From the human T2T-CHM13v2.0 reference genome, Homo sapiens: 64,000 nucleotides of DNA. A program made the translations under genes and the position numbers. A model generated the notes under the pieces. That model was given only the letters and a program-made list of their open reading frames with translations, searched no databases and had not been told where the DNA came from. The stretch lies in NCBI RefSeq assembly GCF_009914755.1, contig NC_060926.1; one strand, given 5' to 3'. Positions 35,544-55,535 of the stretch are shown one piece after another; position 1 is the first letter of the stretch; every line of letters begins with the position of its first letter.

Positions 35544-35664
35544 TGTGTACCTGGGCAATCTGTTTTTTAACCACCTCTGAAGAAGTTCAAAAAAAATTAT
35601 ATGAAGAGATAAACCAAGTTTTTGGAAATGGTCCTGTTACTCCAGAGAAAATTGAGCAGCTCAG
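35544..35664 (+). CDS. CYP20A1: CYP20A1 exon 9 (121 nt; LCTWAICFLTTSEEVQKKLYEEINQVFGNGPVTPEKIEQLR)
   Basis: cctag| acceptor, CAG|gtaaga donor. Contains P450 J-helix-like EEVQKKLYEEI. Phase 1 to 2. Confidence 0.96.
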
Positions 35665-36239
35665 GTAAGAACACAATAAAAAGAGGAGATTATTAAAAGG
35701 TAAATTTGAACTGGTTTATCTAATTTAAAGCTATTGTTGCTATCTAGGAAAGCTACATATTTTTATAGGACTTAAAGTATTTATATGTAGATTTTATTAG
35801 GTAAATGAATCTGCTTTTTAAAATCATAAGGTTGTGTGGGAAATGTTTAACTTAGCCTGTGAAATAGTACTAATGAAGTCAAGCAAGTATGACACTCATA
35901 CTTTGTTGATGGTAATAAAAAATAGACAGCCACATTAGATAATAATATAGTAGGCTTGACCGGGCGTGGTGGCTCACACCTGTAATCCCAGCACTTTGGG
36001 AGGCCAAGGTAAGTGGATCACTTAAGCCTAGTAGTTCAAGGCCAGCTTGGGCAACACGGAAATGCAAAATATTGGCCAGATGTGCTGGGACGTGCCTGTA
36101 GTCCAAGCTACTCAGGAGGCTTAGGTGGGAGGATCACCTCAGCTCAGGAGGTCGAGGCTACAGTGATTGCATCACTGCACTCCAGCCTGGGTTACAGAGC
36201 AAGACCCTGTCTCAAAAGAAAAGAAAACAATAGAAAACA

Positions 36240-36775
36240 ATATGATAGGCTCTTAAAAAGTTCAACATACACTTATATGACCCAGCAGTTCCACTCCTTG
36301 GAATTTCATTCAAGATAAATGAAAACATGACTACACAAAGTCCTGTTTGCATATATTCATAGCAGTATTATTCAAAATAGCCCCAAATTGGAAGTAGTTC
36401 AAATGTTCAACTGGTAAATAGATAAACAAATTGTGGTATTACCATACCATAGAATACTACCAAGTAATAAAAAGGAACACCGTATCAATACACACAACAA
36501 CACAGATGAATCTTAGTGATTTAAGGGAAAGAAGTGAAACATAAAATACTGGCTACTATATGATTTCCTTTGTGTGAAATTCTAGAAAAGGCAAACTGTG
36601 GTGATAAAAAGCATACTGTTGGAGGCTAGGAATGGGGATCAACTACAAAGGGGCATGAAGAAAATGAAACTATCATATATTACTTGTGGTTGTAGTTACG
36701 CAATTGTATACAATTACTAAAATTCAAACCGTACAGGTAAAATGGGTTAATTTTATTGCATATAACTATACCTTA
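36240..36775 (+). mobile_element. Old L1M (L1MC/ME-type) 3' fragment
   Basis: atatgacccagcagttccactcct...atattcatagcag...ataaacaaattgtggtat L1 motifs. Confidence 0.65.
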
Positions 36776-37885
36776 ATTTAATTTTTTTTTAATTGCAACT
36801 GTGATTGCTTCTGGGTTAGAAGTCTGAGACTGGGTAGCAAGCAACCCTATCTTGGAGCATAAAATCAACTATAGAAAAGATAGAGTGGCTGGGCGCAGTG
36901 GCCCACACCTGTAATCCCACCAATTTGGGAGGCCAAGGTAAGAGGATCACCTGAGCCCAGGAGTGCAAGACCAGCCAGAGCAACATGGCAAAACCCTATC
37001 TCTAAAAAAAAAATACAAAAAATTAGCCAGGGATGGTGGTGCATGGCTGTAGTCCTAGCTACTCAGGAGGCTGATATAGGAGAATCACCTGAGCCCAGGA
37101 AGTCCAGGCTGGCGTGAGCTACGATCACACCACTACACTCCATCCTGGTGACAGTGAGACCCTATCTCAAAAAAAAAAAAAAAAAAAAAAAAAAGAAAAG
37201 ATAACCACTGGAAAGAACTAGGAGGCTTTTAAATGTTGGAAGTTTTATTTATTACATTGACTGTAACTATTATTTTAAAAGTAATACTAGTTGTCTTTTG
37301 AAGTTTTTATCATACCGAAGTGTATGAAGTAGAAGGTGAGGTTCCTTTGTAAATGTGCCCTTAAGCTCGTAACAGTTGGGCTAGGCGCAGTGACTCATGC
37401 TTATAATCCCAATAATTTGGGAGGCTGAGGCTGGAGGATTGCTTGAGCCCAGGAGTTTGAGACCATTCACGGCAACATAGTGGGAGCCTGTCTCTACAAA
37501 ATATTTAAAAATTAGCCAGACATAAAGGCATGTGCCTATGGTTACAACTACTAGGGAGGCTGAGGTGGGAGGATCACTTGGGCCTGGGAGGTTGAGGCTG
37601 CAGCATGATAGATTGTCACTGCACTCCAGCCTGGGCAACAGAGCAAGAACCTATCTCTTAAAAATAAATAAGTAAATAAATAATTTTTAAAAGTTTAAGC
37701 TCTAATATAGCTTATGAAGCATTTCAAAAGCTGGGCCTTGTGTACTCCCACCTTATCCTCACTTGTGCCTCTTCATAGCTTTCAGTTTAGCTCTACTCAA
37801 AGTCTTTAGTTTCTTATCTCCTGTCCTGGCTTTTGCACAAACTACTCCTCTGTATAGATTCTCTTTTCGTCTCTTCTTTAGTTAA

Positions 37886-38185
<300 letters not shown>

Positions 38186-39724
38186 TAGCTATTTTTTGTA
38201 TTTTTAGTAGACACAGGGTTTTACCATGTTGGCCAGGCTGGTCTCGAACTCCTGGCCTCAAGTGATCCACCCGCCTCTGGCTCCCAAAATGCTGGGATTA
38301 CAGACATGTGCCACCACGCCCAGCCCAGCCTGTGTTTATTTCTCTACAAAGCCCTTTCCCTAGAGTAGCTGCTCCTACCTTATATTCCAGTAATACCCTG
38401 AACTTCCTTTATAACATGTGCTATACTTAATTGTTCATCCTTTATGTCCTATCCAATCTGCCTCCCCACTGCCAACTAGATTCTGAACCCCTTTGATGAT
38501 GTATCTCTTGTTTATTGTTGTAGCTCAGTATCTAGCACAGTGCTTCACATGCAGCAGGTACGCAATAAATATTTATACAGAGGAAAGGAAGGAAGAATGT
38601 TTCCCCTTTTGATTTTGTTGTTTTTGATGTTACAAACAATTAACACTTCTGTGCTTACATCTTTACTAATATTTCCAAATATTTCTGTATAATAAGGTCC
38701 TAGAAGTGAGCTTCTAGTTGAAGGATGTATGCAGTAGGACAGTGGTTAAGATTTGAATCCTGTGACACACAACTTACCTGCTGTGTGATCTTAAATAACT
38801 GCCTCTGATTTTAATCTGTAAAATTAGAATAATAATAGTACCCATGGGTTTCTTGTAAGGATTCGATAAGATCCTGTATATAAAGCATTTAAGTGAACTG
38901 ACTCATAGCAAGATTGCAATACATTTTAGTTTTTATTCTCGTTGTGATGTACACTTAAGAGTTTGATATATATTGCCAAATTATGCTTCTGAAAGGTTTT
39001 ACCAGTTTATACTTCCACCAATTGGATATGAGAATGTCTTTTTCTCCATCTTTTTCTAGTAATATCTGCTCTCATTCTTTTTCATCTTTGTCAATCTGGC
39101 AAGTAAAAAAAATGCTATGATTGGCAATCTTTAAGTTGTTAATTAAGTTGAGTATCATTTCATATGTCTTCAGGCCATTTGTAAGTTTTTGTGAATTGCT
39201 TTTTGTATTCTCCGTCCCTGTTTCTATGGGATTGTTGGATTATTTTAATTACTTTTAAAGAGGTTTTATACATGAAAGATATATTTACTGAAAATATTTT
39301 TCCTAGTTATCTTTAGAAATATGTAAACAAAATGTTTCTCTAGTTAGGTTATGTATATTTTTCTTTATAATTTTCTGTCAGCTTCGTGCTAAAAATAAAC
39401 TTTTTAAAAATTGTAGAAACATTATTTTGAGTTTTCTTCTGGTACTTTTAAAAGTGTTTTTATTTGTTGAAATCTTTATCTACCTAGAGTTATATACAGA
39501 TTTATAACAAATCTTATAAAAATGTATTTATTTTAAAATTTATAAAATTGTTAATCTTTATATACTTCTAATATATAACATATCTTTAAGCAGATAAGAA
39601 TTATGATGGGACTATTTCAAGTTGGGAATGTTTGAGCAGTTGTTGAAGAACGTTTTTTAAATGTATGTACATTTCTAACTGCCTCCCAAAATAAACATCT
39701 TCAAAAAAAATTTTTTTAAAACAG

Positions 39725-40222
<498 letters not shown>

Positions 40223-40729
40223 TAAAGTGGCAAATAAATGCTACCCATTATTAAATAAAAGACACAATTATTTTAGTTACAAAATAATATGTGCTTGTTT
40301 TAAAGTTCAAGCAATATAAAAGTCTTCCTTCCCAAAAGGTACTACTGTTAGCAGTTTAGTATGTATTTTTATAGACCTATTTCTGTGTATGTATATTACT
40401 CTGTGTATATATGTATAGAAACACACATATACATATGTATTAAACAATTTATATGTGAAAAGTTACTCTTTCTATATTGTTCTTTAATTTTCTTTTATTG
40501 AATGTATCATGGCTATTAGTATACCTAGCACTTGATACAGATTTGACTCATTATTATTAATGGCTGCATAATATTCCATTGTGTGAATGTACCATGATTT
40601 ATTTTTTAATTTAATTTTTTGAGACAGAGTATCACTCTGTCACCCATCCTGGAGTGCAGTTGTGCAATCTTGGCTCACTGCAACCTCCGCCTCCCGAGTT
40701 CAAGTGATTCTCCTGCCTCAGCCTCCTGA

Positions 40730-40906
<177 letters not shown>

Positions 40907-41162
40907 TAATTTATTTAAGCAGCCCCCGCTAGTGGAAATTATGATTGACATTATTTTTTTTAATTATATACTGGTACAGGTGTTGAGTAGAGTCTGAGAC
41001 ACGGAGTTTTTGTGTCAAAGTCCATGTATATGTTCAGTTATTATTATTTTTAGACAGGGTCTTGCTCTGTTACCTAGGCTGGAGTGCAGTGGTGTGATTA
41101 CAGCCTCGACCTCCCAGGCTTAAGTGATCCTGCCACCTCAGCTTCCCAAGTAGCTGGACTAA

Positions 41163-41306
<144 letters not shown>

Positions 41307-41647
41307 TAAATTTAAAATGTTCTCTAAAAGGCATTTTATACTTCTAGCAACAATGTATGAGAATGTTTTTTCTTTCCAAATCCTCACTGCCTCTGAATTT
41401 GAGTCTTATGTATATTTTATGAATCTTGCTTTTCTCTGATCATTGGAGAGATAGAACAAATTTTCATACATATATTAACAGTTTGTGTTTTTCTTTTGTT
41501 AATTCTGTCTTTATAACTTTCACTCATTTTTCTAGTGAGCTTATATATATTTGTATATTATACAAATTCTGTCAATTATATAGCAAATAACTTTTACTGT
41601 TGCTTACATTTTTTTTTGTTATTGTTTTTTAACTGGATGCAGATTTT

Positions 41648-41968
41648 TTTTTTATACTTTAAGTTTTAGGGTACATGTGTACAACGTGCAGGTTTGTTAC
41701 ATATGTATACATGTGCCATGTTGGTGTGCTGCACCCATTAACTCGACATTTAACATTAGGTATATCTCCTAATGCTATCCCTCCCCGCTCCCTCCACGCC
41801 ACAACAGGCCCCGGTGTGTGATGTTCCCCTTCTTGTGTCCATGTGTTCTCATTGTTCACTTCCCACCTATGAGTGAGAACATGCGGTGTTTGGTTTTTTG
41901 TCCTTGCGATAGTTTGCTGAGAATGATGGTTTCCAGCTTCATCCATGTCCCTACAAAGGACATGAACT
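41648..41968 (-). mobile_element. 5'-truncated L1PA 3' end with TSD
   Basis: tatactttaagttttagggtacatgtg... L1PA 3' UTR. Perfect TSD ctggatgcagatttt at 41633-41647 and 41969-41983. Confidence 0.93.
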
Positions 41969-42221
41969 CTGGATGCAGATTTTAAATTTTCATATAGTTA
42001 AGTCTGTTATTCCTTTATGGTTTCTAGATTTTGTGACATGCTTAGGGAGGCCTTCCTCATTGTAAGATCACCAAAATAATCACTTGTGGTTTCTTGCATT
42101 ATTTTTAAATTATTATTTTGTATTCAATATCTATATTAAAAGAAGTTTGGAATAAGTTGACTTTCTAGGAGTCATTTTATCTCTGTTAGTCCTTGACTAA
42201 TTGGATTTTTTTTTTTCACAG

Positions 42222-42286
42222 ACCCTCGTCCTTTATGCCCTTGGTGTGGTACTTCAGGATCCTAATACTTGGCCATCTCCACACAA
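42222..42286 (+). CDS. CYP20A1: CYP20A1 exon 11 (65 nt; TLVLYALGVVLQDPNTWPSPHK)
   Basis: T11-cacag| acceptor, CAA|gtatga donor, phase 0 to 2. Confidence 0.95.
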
Positions 42287-42545
42287 GTATGAAATATTTG
42301 TCATTGTATTTGTGACTGTCAGTTTTTGTGTTTGCACGTTTTGCATTCCTTTCCTAACTGTTGAGTAGAAAACTCAATATGTAGCAATGATACAACAAAA
42401 GAAAACTAGTGAATCCCCTTTTCTTCTCTTTCTTTTGAGACAGGGTCTCACTCTGTCATCCAGGCTGGAATGTAGTAGTGCAATCACTTCTCACTGCAGC
42501 TTCGACCTCTCTGACTCAAGCCATCCTTCTGCGTCAGCCACCTAA

Positions 42546-42713
<168 letters not shown>

Positions 42714-42916
42714 TGACCTGCATCCCCATTATATCTTCTGTTGACTGCTTTTTCTCTTATGTGAATCTGCTATTTGCTACTCTTTGTCTCTTTTATTACC
42801 ACTTTTATACTAAGTGAAAAGTAATTAACATCTGTTTTAAGAAAATTAAAGCAGGCCGGGCACCGTGGCTCATGCCTGTAATCCCAGCACTTTGGGAGGC
42901 TGAGGCGGGCGGATCA

Positions 42917-43273
<357 letters not shown>

Positions 43274-43534
43274 TCAAATAATTCTCCTGCCTCAGCCGCC
43301 TCAGTAGCTGGGACTACAGGCACCCGCCACCACGCCCAGCTAATTTTGTGTAGTTTTAGTAGAGACAGGGTTTCACCATGTTAGCCAGGATGGTCTCGAT
43401 CTCCTGACCTCATGATCCACCCGCCTCAGCCTCCCAAAGTGCAGGATTACAGCCACTGCGCCCGGCCTCTTTTTTTTTTTTTTTCCCCAGTGCATTTTTC
43501 TGTTCTTTATTGCTTCTCTTTTTGCTTTTTTTAA

Positions 43535-43742
43535 ATTTATTTTTTATTTCAATAGGTTTTTGGGGAACAGGTGGTATTTCTTTGGTGGTGATTTCTGAGA
43601 TTTTGGTGCAACCGTCACCCAAGCAGTGTACACTGTACCCAATGTGTAGTCTTCTATCCCTCATCGCCCCACCGTTTCCCCCAAGTCCCTAAAGTCCATT
43701 GTATCATTCTTATGTCTTTACGTCCTCATACCTTAGCTCCCA
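43535..43742 (-). mobile_element. L1PB-like 3' fragment
   Basis: tatttcaataggtttttggggaacaggtggt...gtccattgtatcattcttatg. Confidence 0.7.
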
Positions 43743-44186
43743 AGAATTTCCCTTTTTTAAAAATTCAGAGTTTAAGTCGTTTAAAAATACTTGTTTTTGC
43801 AAGGAATTTTTTTGTTCTGTGGTACGTGGGTTATTTGTTTTGTTTTTAATATATGCATTTCTTCAATGACTTTACAGAGTGAAATTCTATAGAACAAAAA
43901 ATGTTTCTTAGGCCCTTCATTTCCCTGACTTTATTTTTTATTTTTATTGTTTCTTTAGGGACAGAGACAGGGTCATGCTCTGTCACCCAGGCTGGAGTGC
44001 AGTGATGTAAACACAGGCTCACTGCAGCCTCAACCTCCTGGGCTCAAGTAATGCTCCTACCTCACCCTCCAGAGTAACTGGAACTATAGGTATACGCTAC
44101 CATGCCTGGCTAATTTTTTTTAATTTTTAATTTATTTTTATTTTTATTTTTTTCGAGACAGAATCTCGCTCTATTGCCAGGCTGGT

Positions 44187-45182
<996 letters not shown>

Positions 45183-45185
45183 TGA

Positions 45186-45410
<225 letters not shown>

Positions 45411-45685
45411 TAAATTTCAGTTGAAGAGGCAATATAAAATGTCTTACATATTGATAAGGTGGTCTCATGTAACAGGTCTTAAATTTATTTAAAAATTCAT
45501 TATATGATTTTCTATGATTTATCCTTATATTTCACAAAATAATATAAACTGGTGTAACAATCTTATACCTTGGTTTTCTCGAGAAATATATTTTGCATCT
45601 ATCATTTAGAAATAATAAAGTAGGCCGGGTGCCGTGGCTCATACCTATAATCCCAGCACTTTGGGAGGCCAAGGCAGGTGGATCA

Positions 45686-45997
<312 letters not shown>

Positions 45998-46430
45998 TCA
46001 CTTGAGCCTAGGAGTTCAAGATCAGCCTGGGCAACCTAGGGAGAACCTGTCTGTACAAAAAACTGTTAAAAGTAGCTGGGCCTGGTGGCATGTGCTTATA
46101 GTCACAGCTACTCAGGAAGCTGAGGTAGAAGGATAGTTTAAGTCCAGGAGGTCGAGGCTGCAGTGAGCCTTGATTGCACCATTGCCCTCCAGCCTGGGTG
46201 ACAGAGCGAGACCCTGTCTCAAAAAATGGAATATAGTAAGAAACAGCAATAGACTAAATATATGTTAAATAATTTGGGAACATAAAAATAAGTGGCATTT
46301 AAATATAATGTAAGAGCACTTTCTATTTTCAGTTGATTTTTAACTTTGTTACATACTTGTGTTCTTTTAGTGTCAACATGTAAGATGCCAGTGGAGCTAT
46401 ATTGTGATTAACCTCAAATTTTCTTTGTAG

Positions 46431-46520
46431 GTTTGATCCAGATCGGTTTGATGATGAATTAGTAATGAAAACTTTTTCCTCACTTGGATTCTCAGGCACA
46501 CAGGAGTGTCCAGAGTTGAG
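46431..46520 (+). CDS. CYP20A1: CYP20A1 exon 12 (90 nt; FDPDRFDDELVMKTFSSLGFSGTQECPELR, meander and heme Cys)
   Basis: ttctttgtag| acceptor, GAG|gtgaat donor. PDRF (PERF) motif. Cys codon TGT at 46507-46509. Confidence 0.96.
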
Positions 46521-46611
46521 GTGAATAATAGAATGCCAGACTCTGTTCTTAGAATTTTGATGATCACTGTTGATGAGAATGGGCAATCTGTATGATTAAA
46601 GTATTATTTTT

Positions 46612-46662
46612 TTATTATTATTGTACTTTAAGTTCTGGGGTTCATGTGCAGAACGTGCAGGT
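46612..46662 (-). mobile_element. ~50-bp L1PA 3' terminus in intron 12
   Basis: tactttaagttctgggg..catgtgcagaacgtgcaggttt. TSD ttaaagtattattttt (46596-46611) / ttaaagtataattttt (46663-46678). Confidence 0.8.
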
Positions 46663-46714
46663 TTAAAGTATAATTTTTAATCTTTAGTAACTAATTGACT
46701 TTCTTCCTGACTAG

Positions 46715-46865
46715 GTTTGCATATATGGTGACCACAGTACTTCTTAGTGTATTGGTGAAGAGACTGCACCTACTTTCTGTGGAGGGACAGGTTATTGAAA
46801 CAAAGTATGAACTGGTAACATCATCAAGGGAAGAAGCTTGGATCACTGTCTCAAAGAGATATTAA
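46715..46865 (+). CDS. CYP20A1: CYP20A1 terminal exon 13, coding part (FAYMVTTVLLSVLVKRLHLLSVEGQVIETKYELVTSSREEAWITVSKRY*)
   Basis: cttcctgactag| acceptor, TAA at 46863-46865. Exon lengths sum to a 462-aa protein if 289 coding nt lie upstream of the window. Confidence 0.96.
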
Positions 46866-47243
46866 AATTTTATACATTTAAAATCATTGTTAAATTGATT
46901 GAGGAAAACAACCATTTAAAAAAAATCTATGTTGAATCCTTTTATAAACCAGTATCACTTTGTAATATAAACACCTATTTGTACTTAATTTTGTAAATTT
47001 GGATTTTTATATATCATATTTTCTTAATTCATTGTACACATTTGACTTACTGCACAGTATATTGATCATTTTAATGGGAAACTTTAGCTTTCTACTTTTT
47101 ATTTTTGTTTTTTCACTTTCTATGCCATTATTTTTGTATTCTTTTTCTTAGTGTGAGCTCTAAAATCAATGTTCTTGAAAAAGAAATTATTTTGCAGAAG
47201 TTGGGGAATCATGTTTGTTGAATATGTATAAAATAGAAACATA

Positions 47244-48078
<835 letters not shown>

Positions 48079-48552
48079 TCATGCGTATAATCCTAGAACT
48101 TTGGAAGGCCAAAGCTGGTGGATTGCTTGAGCCCAGGAGTTTGAGACCAGCCCAGGCAACATTGGGAGACCCTGCCTCTACAAATATACAAAAAAATTAC
48201 TGGGCATGGTGACACACACCTGTAGTCCCAGCTGTTCTGAAGGCTGAGGTGGGAGGATCACTTGAGACCAGGAGAGGTCAAGGCTGCAGTGATCTGTGAT
48301 CACACCACTGCACTCCAGCCTGGGCAACAGAGCAAAACCCTGCCTTTAAAAAAACAAAAAACAAAAAAGGCCGGGCTCGGTGGCTCATGCCTATAATACT
48401 TTGGGAGGCCGAGGCAGGTGGATCAATTGAGGTCAGGTGTTCGAGACCAGCCAGGCCAACTTGGTGAAACCCCGTCTCTACTAAAAATACAAAAAAAAAA
48501 AAAAAAAAATTAGCCAGATGTGGTGGTGCACATTTGTAATCCCAGCTACTCA

Positions 48553-48687
<135 letters not shown>

Positions 48688-48781
48688 CTATTTCAAGAAT
48701 ATTTTAAGTAGGCTGGGCACGGTAGCTCATGCCTGTTATCCTAACACTTTGGGAAGCCGACATGGGCAGATCACGAGGTCA

Positions 48782-48991
<210 letters not shown>

Positions 48992-49543
48992 TCAAAAAAA
49001 AAAGGAGTATCTTAAGTGTCTTTCAAAATTACACTTTAGCACTTATAAATTTTATATATAATACTTTACTGATAGCATTGTATATTAGTCCAACTTTTTT
49101 GGCTACACTATTTGTGAAGGATTCCTTTTTTTCTTTAAGACAGCCACTGTAGGAAATATGCCAAGTACAGATAGTGAGGAAAGAAAGGAAGAAAAATGAT
49201 AATTGTCTGCAAGTGGGCTTATTTTTAACACTGCTGAATTTCATTTGTAATTTTACTTTCAAGAATATACTCTGGTAGACTGAGGCGGGAGGATCACTTG
49301 AGCCCAGGAGTTGGAGGCTTCAGTGAGCTGTGATCACACCACTGCCCTCAGCCAAACCTGAGTGATAAAGTGAGACCCTATCTCTTAAAAAAAAAAATCC
49401 CTTTGTTGTTGAGTTATTTTATGTCATTTATTGGTAAATACCTAACATTTTAGACCTAGTCATTACCAGTTAACATAGAATTTAATTGGATGCAGTCTGT
49501 ATTTTTGAAAAAAAAAATTTTTTTTGGAATAACTTAAATTCTA

Positions 49544-49858
<315 letters not shown>

Positions 49859-50683
49859 TTAAGTGAAATTTATTATCCCTTCCCACTTATTTTCTGTGGT
49901 TTTGTGTGTATAGAGCATCTTCCTTTGTTACCCAAGTACCTCGAATGGGTTGGAAACTGGCGGTAGAAGGTTAGAGTAGCCAATTGATATGTAAACCAAG
50001 TGTCAGATCAGATGAGATGAAAGAGGTGGAGTTTAAAGCAAGTGAGATATGATAAACAATGATGAAAGCAAAAATAGGGCAGTTGAACCAGAGTCAGCCA
50101 GTTGGCATAACTGCCAATAAATGAGGCAGTGTAGAATAACTAATAATGATTGGAATCAAGGAAAAGAGAGCATAGAGGAATCAGCTAAATTAGTATGTTT
50201 TATCCATAGTTACATGACTAACAAATGATTAAAAAGAAGTTATTCTCTAGATAATTTTTTAAATAAAAGTACTGTTAATATATAAACTAAGTTATTCATT
50301 CACTGTTTTTCTTCACAGTAAGAATGACAAAAATCTGTGTTCTTTGTACTTATCAAGTGACTCAAATTTTGGCCACTTCACTGTCACTGATGGCTTATAG
50401 AATGACTCTAGCAGGACTCAAGTTATTGAACTATCAAATGGGTTTTTAATTGATATTGAAGTAAGTAAGTTTTGTAGCTTTTGGAGTTTTTAAAAACTAC
50501 TTCAGTGATTTTGATTTATATTCTTTTTGATAGTTCAGAAGTGTATTGTTAAAAAACATAAGCATGGCCGGGCACAGTGGCTCACACCTGTAATCCCAGC
50601 TCTTTGGGAGGCCAAGGCGGGTAAATCACCTGAGGTTGGGAGTTTGAGACCAGCCTGACCAACATGGAGAAACCCTGTCTCTA

Positions 50684-50845
<162 letters not shown>

Positions 50846-50993
50846 TCAGAAAAAAAAAAAAAAAAAAAAAACGGCCAGGCGAGGTGGCTCACACCTGTAA
50901 TCCCAGCACTTTGGGAGGCTGAGGCGGGCAGATCACCTGAAGTCAGGAGTTCAAGACCAGCCTGACCAACATGGAGAAACTTCATCTCTACTA

Positions 50994-51456
<463 letters not shown>

Positions 51457-51868
51457 TAGGCTCAAGCGATCCTCCCACCTGGGCCTCCCAAAGTGTTGAG
51501 ATTGCAGGTGTGAGCCACGGCACCTGGTCCATAAAACATTTTTTTATGAACTAAAGAGCTCTCTCAAACTTGTGCTAACAAAATTTAAGGCAATATTAAT
51601 TCTGTGCATGTGTTTGGGAAAATTAAAAAAACTTACATAGTGCTTATTTGGCCCACAAAAGTACAGTTCCATTTTTTATATAAATAGATTCTACCTAACT
51701 TATAACCCCTATGTCAAAATTTGTTTATCTTAAAATAGTTTGTATAAAAAGTCTTTACTGCTTTATTATGAAATAATAATGTTTATTGTAGAAAAATCTA
51801 GGAAAACACAAAAATGTCAAACTCAGTTAACAGTCATAGTTTCACTATTTGAAGTTAACCACTGTTAA

Positions 51869-52123
<255 letters not shown>

Positions 52124-52677
52124 TAGTCTGCCCACCTTGACCTCCCAAAGTGCTGGGATTACAGGCATGGGGCACCATGCCCAGCCCCACTGTTAAGATT
52201 CTAATGTAGGCCGGGCACAGTGACTCATGCCTATAACTCAAGCACTTTGGGAGTTCAAGGCGGCCAGATTGCTTGAGCTTTTAGAAGTTTGAGACCAGCC
52301 TGGGCAACGTGGCAAAAGCTTGTTTCTATAAAAAAATATAAAAACTTAGCCAGCCTTGGTGGCACCACCTGCAGTCCCAACTATTCAGGAGGCTGAGGCG
52401 AGAGGATGGCTTGAGCTCAGGAAGTCAAGGCTACAGTGAGCTGTGGTAGTGCCACTGCACTCCCTCATGGTTGACAGAGCAAGACCCTGTCTCAAAAGAT
52501 TCTAATATAGATACTCTTTTTATGCATATGTAATTTATATATATTATACAAAATATTATTTGCATTTAACATATTCTGAACCAATAGTCTTTTCTACAAG
52601 CAGAACATTAATATTCTTGTCACTCTGAATGTAGGCACAGATTTTTGTCATTCTTTATCTTTTTTGTGTGTGTGTGA

Positions 52678-52776
<99 letters not shown>

Positions 52777-52980
52777 TGAGTAACTGGGGTTACAGGCGCG
52801 TGCCATCACACCCAGCTCATTTTTGTATTTTTAGTAGAGATGGGGTTTTACCGTGTTGGTCAGGCTGGTCCTGAACTCTTGACCTTGTGATCTGCCCAAC
52901 TCAGCCTCCCAGAGTGCTGGGATTACAAGCATGAGCCACCGCGCTCGGTCCCTTTCTTTTTATTTATTTATTTATTTTGA

Positions 52981-53088
<108 letters not shown>

Positions 53089-53494
53089 TAGCTGAGACTA
53101 CGGGTATGTGCCACTACACTCAGCTAATTTTTGTATTTTTTTTTAGTAGAGACAGGGTTTCACCATGTTGGCCAGGCTGGTCTTGAACTCCTAACCTCAG
53201 GTGATTCACACCCCTTGGCCTCCTGAAGTGCTGGGATTACAGGCATGAGCCACTGTGCCCGGCCATTTTTTTGTGTTTTTAGTGGAGACAGGTTTTCACC
53301 ATGTTGGCCAGTAGTGTATTTAGTTATTTAAGGAGGGCTCAATCAACAGGTTTAAATGGTGTGCTATTCATAATTATTGCAAAAATAGGCCGGGCCTGTA
53401 ATTCCAGCACTTTGGGAGGCCAAGGCAGGTGAATCACTTGAGGCCAGGAGTTTGAGATCAGCCTGGCCAACGTGGTGAAACTCCATCTCTACTA

Positions 53495-53686
<192 letters not shown>

Positions 53687-54169
53687 TTAACTGGCCTTTG
53701 GGGCACATGCCTGTAATCCCAGCTTCTTGGGAGGCTGAGGCATGAGAAAAAAAATAAACCTGGGAGGTGGAGGTTGCAGTGAGTTGAGATTGTGCCACTG
53801 CACTCCAGCTTAGGCAATAAAACAAGACTGTCTCAAAAAAAAAAAAAAAAAAACTTATTGAGAGAATAATATACCACTAATATTTAAAGAAATTTTTGGC
53901 TGGTGCCGTGGCTCACACCTGTAATCCCAGCACTTTGGGAGTCCAAAGTGGGCGTATAACTTGAGGTCAGGAGTTCAAGAACAGCCTGGCCAACATGGGG
54001 AAACCGCATCTCTACTAAAAATACAAAAATTAGTGGGTGTGGAGGCGGGCGAATGTAATCCCAGCTAGTTGAGAGGCTGAGGCAGGAGAATGTCTGGGAG
54101 GTGGAGGTTGCAGTGTGCCGAGATCGCACCACTGTACTCCAGCCTAGGTGACAGAGTGAGACTCCATAG

Positions 54170-54361
<192 letters not shown>

Positions 54362-54699
54362 TAGCCAGGATGGTCTTGATCTCCTGACCTTGTGATCTGT
54401 CCACCGCGGCTTCCCAAAGTGCTGGGATTACAGGTGTGAGCCACAGCGCCCGGCCAAAAAAAGGAATTTTTAAGAGGAAAAAGAATGCTACCAACCTAAC
54501 CACATTTCTATGACTGTTTATATTTTTCCCTGTTCCACATACATACATTTTTACATAGTACGTTCATTGCAGCATGAGTTACTTTTCACTTAATAAATTT
54601 TAAACATTTTCCAGCTGGGTGTGGTGGCTCATGCCTGTAATCCCAACACTTGGAGAGGCCAAGTCAGGCTTATTGGGTGAGTCCAGGTGTTTGAGACTA

Positions 54700-54867
<168 letters not shown>

Positions 54868-55129
54868 CTAGGTGACAAAGCACAACCCTCAAATAAATAA
54901 ATAAATACATGTTAAACATATACCTTTATTACTTCATTTTTGTAAGAGCTTCAGGGAATAGGCTTTTTTAAAGGGAATAGACTTATAGATCAATTTTAAT
55001 ATTTGACTTATAGAATTTTATGACACTAAATGGATAATTGTAAAGTTTGAGTTGGGACCCATTTTGTAAGACATTCAGGCTATAAACAAGGTAATAAATC
55101 ACACTCTTCCAGTTCTACTCCCAATTTAA

Positions 55130-55438
<309 letters not shown>

Positions 55439-55483
55439 TGAGCCACTGCGCCCGGCCCGTTGGCTTGCTTTCTAGATACTGGG

Positions 55484-55535
55484 AATAGATCTTGTTATAG
55501 TATGTGATAAATAGATCTTGTTATAGTATGTGATA
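55484..55535. repeat. Perfect 26-bp tandem duplication
   Basis: aatagatcttgttatagtatgtgata x2. Confidence 0.95.
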
